DNA from: Pseudobdellovibrionaceae bacterium
Lineage (GTDB): Bacteria > Bdellovibrionota > Bdellovibrionia > Bdellovibrionales > Bdellovibrionaceae
DNA length: 19,754 bases
Assembly: GCA_044359815.1 (NCBI GenBank)
Contig: JBIKLL010000050.1
Location: forward strand, 1-19,754
Direction of reading: 5' to 3'
Shown: positions 14,781-19,754 of the stretch, piece by piece
How the letters are laid out: each line of letters opens with the position of its first letter
How positions within the stretch are numbered: the first letter of the stretch is position 1
The notes under the pieces: model-generated
What the model was told of the DNA's origin: nothing
Databases searched by the model: none
The model's input: only the letters and a program-made list of their open reading frames with translations
Made by a program: the position numbers and the translations under genes

Positions 14781-17201
14781 TTACCAAAAAGTTCCCAGGA
14801 TGGATTCTTCGAGAGGCTTTTTGCTGGAGCCGTCCCACATAAAGCCAAAATTGGCCTTGATGCTTGTGTTGTCCTTGGTCAGATCAGTCGACGGGGGTTT
14901 GATGTGAAATATATTAATATACCAACAATCACCTGGTAGCTTGAACTGCGCACCGTATCCCCAGGCGTACAAATAATCCTGACCAGGCGATGGTTTCACA
15001 CGATAGGAAAGCTTCCCTAATAAATCAAAAACCCGCAGATCTTTTTTAAGGCTGACGTTATAGAATTCTTCAAAGGATGAAACATTCTGAACCCGATCAA
15101 AGCTGTACTTTAAAGAATGCCCCAAAGAAATAAATTCTCCGTTGCCCGATTTAATTCGCAGTGAGCTATCCAAGTCGCTGACTCGATCGCGATGATAGTA
15201 GGTGGTTTTTTGACCGATATCAAAATTTTCAAAGCTTGCAGACAGTTCTGAAATCAACTCTGACCAAGGTGAGGTATCAGGAGTTTTATCGGCCTCATAT
15301 TGGTTGTACAGTTGTGAAATCTTCCAATTTAAAAACTGTTTGTATTCGGGATTGTTTCCTGACCAGAGTTTTCGAATTAGCTTATTTGTAAAAGAAAACA
15401 CCACGAGGTTGTTGTTAAACAATCTGTCCTCGTAATCAAACTGTACCCCGTTGTTACTATTTAAATCGGCATTGTTTAAAGTGGCCTCGGTGTAAAAGTT
15501 AGGTCCATTGACTTGGTTGCCGAAAAAAGGGTGTTCCGGCTGTTGCACCCAGGGAACTCGAGTATAAGTGATCTCGGGCTGGATTTCGTATTTTATCCTT
15601 TCGGATTTTGTTTGCGACAAATCCCCAAACACTCTGTACACACTGGATCTGAGCGACAGATCTGCCCTAAAAAATCTTCTGGAAATAAAAGGCTCAAACT
15701 GTGAGTCAGTGGTGTTTTCGTTTCGGACACCAAATTGATACATAGTTTCTGTGTAAGTAAATTGCGGCAAAATATCGACAAAATCATATTTAATTGGCCT
15801 GGAAATTGTGGGTTTAAAAATATATCTTTGCCCCGTTCTGATTAAATCTATTGCTGGATTAAAGACTCCGTCATGAACAGGTTTGCAAAATGGATCGTTT
15901 TCCCAATTGGATCCCAGGTCTGTGCAGACTGTATTGTCAGAAGGGTTTCGTATATCATAGGCATTAATGACTCTTTGATTATTAATCTGTCTTAAGTCAT
16001 CAAAAGCAAAATTTTGCCTAGTGAAATTGACGTAATTCATTTCAAATGAATACAAAAAACTGGTATTAGTAATGTGGGTTGGGGATTTTGAAAATGTGAT
16101 TTCTGGCAATCTGTGCACAGCATTTTCGTTTGAAGAAATGGGATCAGCTTGCAGCAAGTTTTTAAAATAAATCAGATCAATGGATAAGTGATAATCATGC
16201 CAATTTTTTGATAAGCTGGATGAAGTTTGCATGGCAGGGTCGGTAGAGTTTTTTGTTTCCAATGGAAAGTCTGTTGGGTATTGCAGATCGCTGGCATCAT
16301 TGACCTCAGCGCGATGAACAAAGCCCTCTGGCAATTCGTAGTAATGTTGGTATTTAAGAAACCAACGGCTGACGGTTTCGCCTTTTTTGTCTAAAGGGCG
16401 GTAGGTATTTAGCCGTTCTGAATCTGAAAATAAATTATCAGAAATATAGGCCGTATCAAACTCGCCAAAACTGTGGGGGCCAGCCATATACCGATAATTA
16501 AACAGTCCCTTTTTCCCCCGAAGCTCGTAGTTTTTAAATGTAAAAGTCGCATCTTGGCTGCGGGAAATAGCCCAAAAGAAACTCTCTGACAAAATCAAAC
16601 CGCCAGATTCAGATTTTTCGATTTCAGGAGTTAGCAAACCTGTTTGCCTGTCGCTCTTAAGGGGAACTATTAAATAGGGTAGCCAAAGGCTGGGGACAGA
16701 GCCCACGTAAAGCACTGAGTTTTTAATATAAGCATATCCACCCAGTTCGGCTCTGATGTGTGAGCCCGAAAAACTCCAAGCTTCAGGGCAAGTTGTGCAG
16801 GTAGTGTATTTGGCATCTTGTGCAAAATATTCTTTGGTGCCGATTCTTTGGATACTGGAGCCTTCAAAAAAAACCGTGCCGCTTTGGACATAGCCACCAA
16901 TGATCATGGCAGAGTCTGTTTCGTAATCGCTGATGATGCGATCACCGCCAATTGTTGCATCTGGTGTTATGATTGTAACCATCCCCGTGGCATCAATGGT
17001 TTTTGCACGCAGATTTAAAACTGCCTTTTTGGCACTTAAAACCTGATTGCGAAATGAGATTTGAATGTTGCCCTCAAGCTCGACCGTGCCTTTTTCAGTG
17101 TCCCTGGACATGGAGTCTGCTTTGATCAAAACACCTTGCAGTGAAGTGGTGGCTGCAAAAAGATTTGGGCTGAATAAAAGGGCTAAAATCAAAAACTTCA
17201 T
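14781..17201 (-). CDS. lptD: LPS-assembly outer membrane protein LptD
   Basis: Signal peptide. OstA-like N-terminus (I.AD...D....LEGN.I...L.A..). YTTCTTCP..W, P..W.PY...P....RQTGLL.P, FFWAI..SQDAT, amphipathic beta-barrel strands, and DCW near the C-terminus. Confidence 0.9.
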   Translation of the reverse strand: MKFLILALLFSPNLFAATTSLQGVLIKADSMSRDTEKGTVELEGNIQISFRNQVLSAKKAVLNLRAKTIDATGMVTIITPDATIGGDRIISDYETDSAMIIGGYVQSGTVFFEGSSIQRIGTKEYFAQDAKYTTCTTCPEAWSFSGSHIRAELGGYAYIKNSVLYVGSVPSLWLPYLIVPLKSDRQTGLLTPEIEKSESGGLILSESFFWAISRSQDATFTFKNYELRGKKGLFNYRYMAGPHSFGEFDTAYISDNLFSDSERLNTYRPLDKKGETVSRWFLKYQHYYELPEGFVHRAEVNDASDLQYPTDFPLETKNSTDPAMQTSSSLSKNWHDYHLSIDLIYFKNLLQADPISSNENAVHRLPEITFSKSPTHITNTSFLYSFEMNYVNFTRQNFAFDDLRQINNQRVINAYDIRNPSDNTVCTDLGSNWENDPFCKPVHDGVFNPAIDLIRTGQRYIFKPTISRPIKYDFVDILPQFTYTETMYQFGVRNENTTDSQFEPFISRRFFRADLSLRSSVYRVFGDLSQTKSERIKYEIQPEITYTRVPWVQQPEHPFFGNQVNGPNFYTEATLNNADLNSNNGVQFDYEDRLFNNNLVVFSFTNKLIRKLWSGNNPEYKQFLNWKISQLYNQYEADKTPDTSPWSELISELSASFENFDIGQKTTYYHRDRVSDLDSSLRIKSGNGEFISLGHSLKYSFDRVQNVSSFEEFYNVSLKKDLRVFDLLGKLSYRVKPSPGQDYLYAWGYGAQFKLPGDCWYINIFHIKPPSTDLTKDNTSIKANFGFMWDGSSKKPLEESILGTFW

Positions 17202-19753
17202 TATTTTGTTTTCATCGTAACCACTCCATCCCAGTTTTCAGGAGGTGGCTCCTTTAAATAGTCTTCGCAGCGTTCAACGTAAAGTTCTGACGGCGGATCG
17301 GCTGGAACAAGCTCTAAGCATTTTTTAAATTGCGTTAAGGCCATGTCAAATTTCTTTTGATGAAATAATTCAAACCCATTTTGAAATTCGTTAAGCATAT
17401 TATGAGTTTTTTCCTCGGGTTTTCCCTCTGAAATCAGCTCAAAAATTCTGACAGGTAGGTTTTTACCTTTAACCTTCACCCAATCTAATTCGCGGACTGT
17501 AAATTTGTCTTTGACTTCACCATAAGTGAATTCAGAGATCACAATGCGAACTCCGTATTCTTTGGTAATGCCTTCCAGGCGTGCTGCCAGATTCACGCCG
17601 TCACCCATGACGGTGTAGCTTCTGACAATGTCTGATCCCATGTTACCAACGCTGACCTCGGCTGAATTGATGCCGATCCCTATGTCGATGTTTGGCAGAT
17701 TTTTAGCTTTAAATTCTGCCTGGATTTCTTTAAGTTTAGTGATGCTTTGCAAAGCACATCGGCAGGCATGGGTTGCGTGATCATCAAAAGGGATTGGAGC
17801 TCCAAAGAACGCCATCACTGCATCACCAATATATTTATCCAATGTGCCTTTGTTAGCAAAAACGATATTAGTCATCGGTGTCAGATATAAATTTAAAACA
17901 TCCGACAACACTGTTGGTTCCAGTTTTTCAGAGATCGTCGTAAAGCCCCTAACGTCTGAAAAGAATATGGACATTCGCATTTTTTTACCACCCAGCTCGA
18001 TATTTTCTGGGTCTTTCAGGATTTCATCAACGACGGCGGGCGAAACGTATTTAGAGAAAGTGCTTCTGAGATGTTTTTTCTTGCGTTCTTCAGTGAGGTA
18101 TTTATAGAAAAACAAAAACACATACAAAGATAGTCCTAATCCAGCGGGTAGGGTCATTGTAGCAAACATACCTTTTGATAAAAGGTATTGATCCAGCAAA
18201 GCAATTCCACCAATGGATCCAAAGGAAACTAAAAACCCTGGAATCGCGGTTGTGAACGAAACAGTGATGGATAAAATAACGCCAAAAATAAGTAAGGCCC
18301 AAGCCATAAAAAATTCTTCGTTAGGGTGCTCACGCAAAAAATTTCGATCAAATAAATTTCCAAGAGCGGTTAAATGGGTTTCAGGCCCAGGGAAGTTTTT
18401 TTCATAGGGTGTGACTCGTAAGTCGTAAACGCCAATGGCGGTGGCGCCTATTATAAATGCTTTGTCTTTTATAAATTCAGCTTTTTTAACCTCGTGACTC
18501 GCGTATTCCCATCGGCCAGTGGAATCGTTGTAGGATTTTTGCTCTATGGTCATGGTTTCTTTGCCGTTAAACAGTTCTTTTGCTGGCAAATAGGGATACA
18601 TATTTGTTCCGCCAGCATAATTGATTTTTAAACGTCCCTGATCATCGACGGGGATGTCGCCGATGATTTCTTCGGGGTCTTTCGAAGGGTCTTTGATTAC
18701 AAAGCTTGTCAGCTTTTTTTGATTTGGATTTTTTGGATCAATGTTGACCTCAACATCGGCACGATAACCTGTGGCCACCAAATAGGTTTGTAAGGCCAGA
18801 GATGGAATGTAAGACAACCCAATTCGATTTCCTGTTCTGAAAAACATTGAGGCTCTGCGGATAGAACCATCCGAGTCTTGTTCGGCGTTAAAACTGGCTG
18901 TGTAAGTTGCTGGGATCTGAATTTCATCGGTGTTGATGGTCCATCTGGGGTACTGTGAGATCGGAATTGATTTAACCATAGATTTGAATGTTTCGACACG
19001 ATCTTCAGGGGAAACATTGGCTAGGTCCTGGGTTTTTTCAAAAATCTTAAGATAGGACTCTTTAAGAGGTTCGTAATACTGATCGTTGTCAGTAAGCCAG
19101 ATGTCACAATATTCTATGTTTTTTGATTCAACAACGAACTTTAACTGGGCTTTTTCTCGATCCGAAAGCGCTTCCACGGAAGGTTTTTGAAAAACCTCTT
19201 TTAAAATTCCTTCTGTATTTATTTTTTCTAAAACAGGAAAGATTTGTGAAAAGATTTGATCGAACTCGACTTCAACAAAAGGATCAGCGACGTCATCCAC
19301 AACAAAAGTTGGGTTCAGCTTTACAAACTTATCAGCATTTGACCTTCTGAAAACTTCATTTCGACAGTAGTCTTGATAGGGGGCAATGGTTTTGTATTTT
19401 GCTTCGTTGAATACGCCTAGGATATTTCGGTCAGAAAAGGTTTCAAATGTTTTAGCAAGAATCTGATCTGGCTGACCTTTGGATTTTTCTTTTTCAAAGG
19501 CTTGCTTCAGAGGGGCAGGTAAATTCCCATAATCTTCTTCGATTCGGGTTAATGTTTGAGCGGTTAAATCAATTTGTGGTTCAGAAAATACAATATCAAA
19601 ACCAATTGCTTTGGCCCCGTATTTCATCATCTCCTCAACAACAAATGACATTTTTTCTCGGGACCAGGGCCAGCGACCGATTTCTTCGATAGTTCTGTCA
19701 TCAATTGTTAACAGTGCGACTTTATCCGAGGGATTAATTTCACCTCTAAGCTT
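17201..19753 (-). CDS. CHASE2-domain class III adenylate cyclase with C-terminal TPR-like tail; 5' end outside window
   Basis: Frame is open to the window edge (KLRGEINPSDKVALLTIDDRTIEEIGRWPWSR, a CHASE2 hallmark). Also GFDIVFSEP, DSDGSIRR, PGPETH and 3 TM helices. Cyclase motifs FFSDVRGFT, DKYIGDAVMAFFGAP and YTVMGDGVNLAARLEG; ends in WDGV. Confidence 0.93.
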   Translation of the reverse strand, partial: KLRGEINPSDKVALLTIDDRTIEEIGRWPWSREKMSFVVEEMMKYGAKAIGFDIVFSEPQIDLTAQTLTRIEEDYGNLPAPLKQAFEKEKSKGQPDQILAKTFETFSDRNILGVFNEAKYKTIAPYQDYCRNEVFRRSNADKFVKLNPTFVVDDVADPFVEVEFDQIFSQIFPVLEKINTEGILKEVFQKPSVEALSDREKAQLKFVVESKNIEYCDIWLTDNDQYYEPLKESYLKIFEKTQDLANVSPEDRVETFKSMVKSIPISQYPRWTINTDEIQIPATYTASFNAEQDSDGSIRRASMFFRTGNRIGLSYIPSLALQTYLVATGYRADVEVNIDPKNPNQKKLTSFVIKDPSKDPEEIIGDIPVDDQGRLKINYAGGTNMYPYLPAKELFNGKETMTIEQKSYNDSTGRWEYASHEVKKAEFIKDKAFIIGATAIGVYDLRVTPYEKNFPGPETHLTALGNLFDRNFLREHPNEEFFMAWALLIFGVILSITVSFTTAIPGFLVSFGSIGGIALLDQYLLSKGMFATMTLPAGLGLSLYVFLFFYKYLTEERKKKHLRSTFSKYVSPAVVDEILKDPENIELGGKKMRMSIFFSDVRGFTTISEKLEPTVLSDVLNLYLTPMTNIVFANKGTLDKYIGDAVMAFFGAPIPFDDHATHACRCALQSITKLKEIQAEFKAKNLPNIDIGIGINSAEVSVGNMGSDIVRSYTVMGDGVNLAARLEGITKEYGVRIVISEFTYGEVKDKFTVRELDWVKVKGKNLPVRIFELISEGKPEEKTHNMLNEFQNGFELFHQKKFDMALTQFKKCLELVPADPPSELYVERCEDYLKEPPPENWDGVVTMKTK

Positions 19754-19754
19754 T

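Noticed and set aside
14651..14848. 65-aa minus-strand ORF bridging the lptD end and the convergent gene
   Set aside because: It overlaps both flanking genes and has no SD or recognisable motif.
1..19754. CRISPR array, IS/transposase, integrase, tRNA or rRNA
   Set aside because: No spaced direct repeats, terminal inverted repeats, recombinase motifs or structural RNA signatures were seen; nearly all sequence is explained by CDSs.

Overview
Bacterial chromosomal window, AT-rich by eye. Gene content and order resemble predatory Bdellovibrionota (inference from gene order and protein features, not a search). Left end: 3' end of a GT2 (WaaE/KdtX-like) glycosyltransferase, a secreted FecR-like protein with a Cys-rich tail, and a GT-C membrane glycosyltransferase with PIG-B/Alg9 (GT22)-like motifs. 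Next is a two-gene accessory cassette (2765-4629): a secreted protein with a C-terminal CHAP/NlpC-P60-like Cys-His-Asp domain and a small exported, AT-rich partner, behind a sigma-28-like promoter. trhO follows on the minus strand, divergent from a long translation cluster: prfC, YadG/YadH-like ABC transporter, ffh, rpsP, khpA, rimM, trmD, Tm1570-like SPOUT methyltransferase, rplS, rnhB, yraN-like gene and a small Gly-rich membrane protein. The right end has a minus-strand operon: a CHASE2 adenylate cyclase (5' end outside the window) coupled to lptD. No rRNA, tRNA, CRISPR array or mobile element was seen. Best candidates for new biology: the putative peptidoglycan amidase/self-protection pair, the GT22-like enzyme as a candidate lipid A or envelope mannosyltransferase, the TrmD E116G variant beside a second SPOUT enzyme, and the rplS/rnhB dual-coding overlap.
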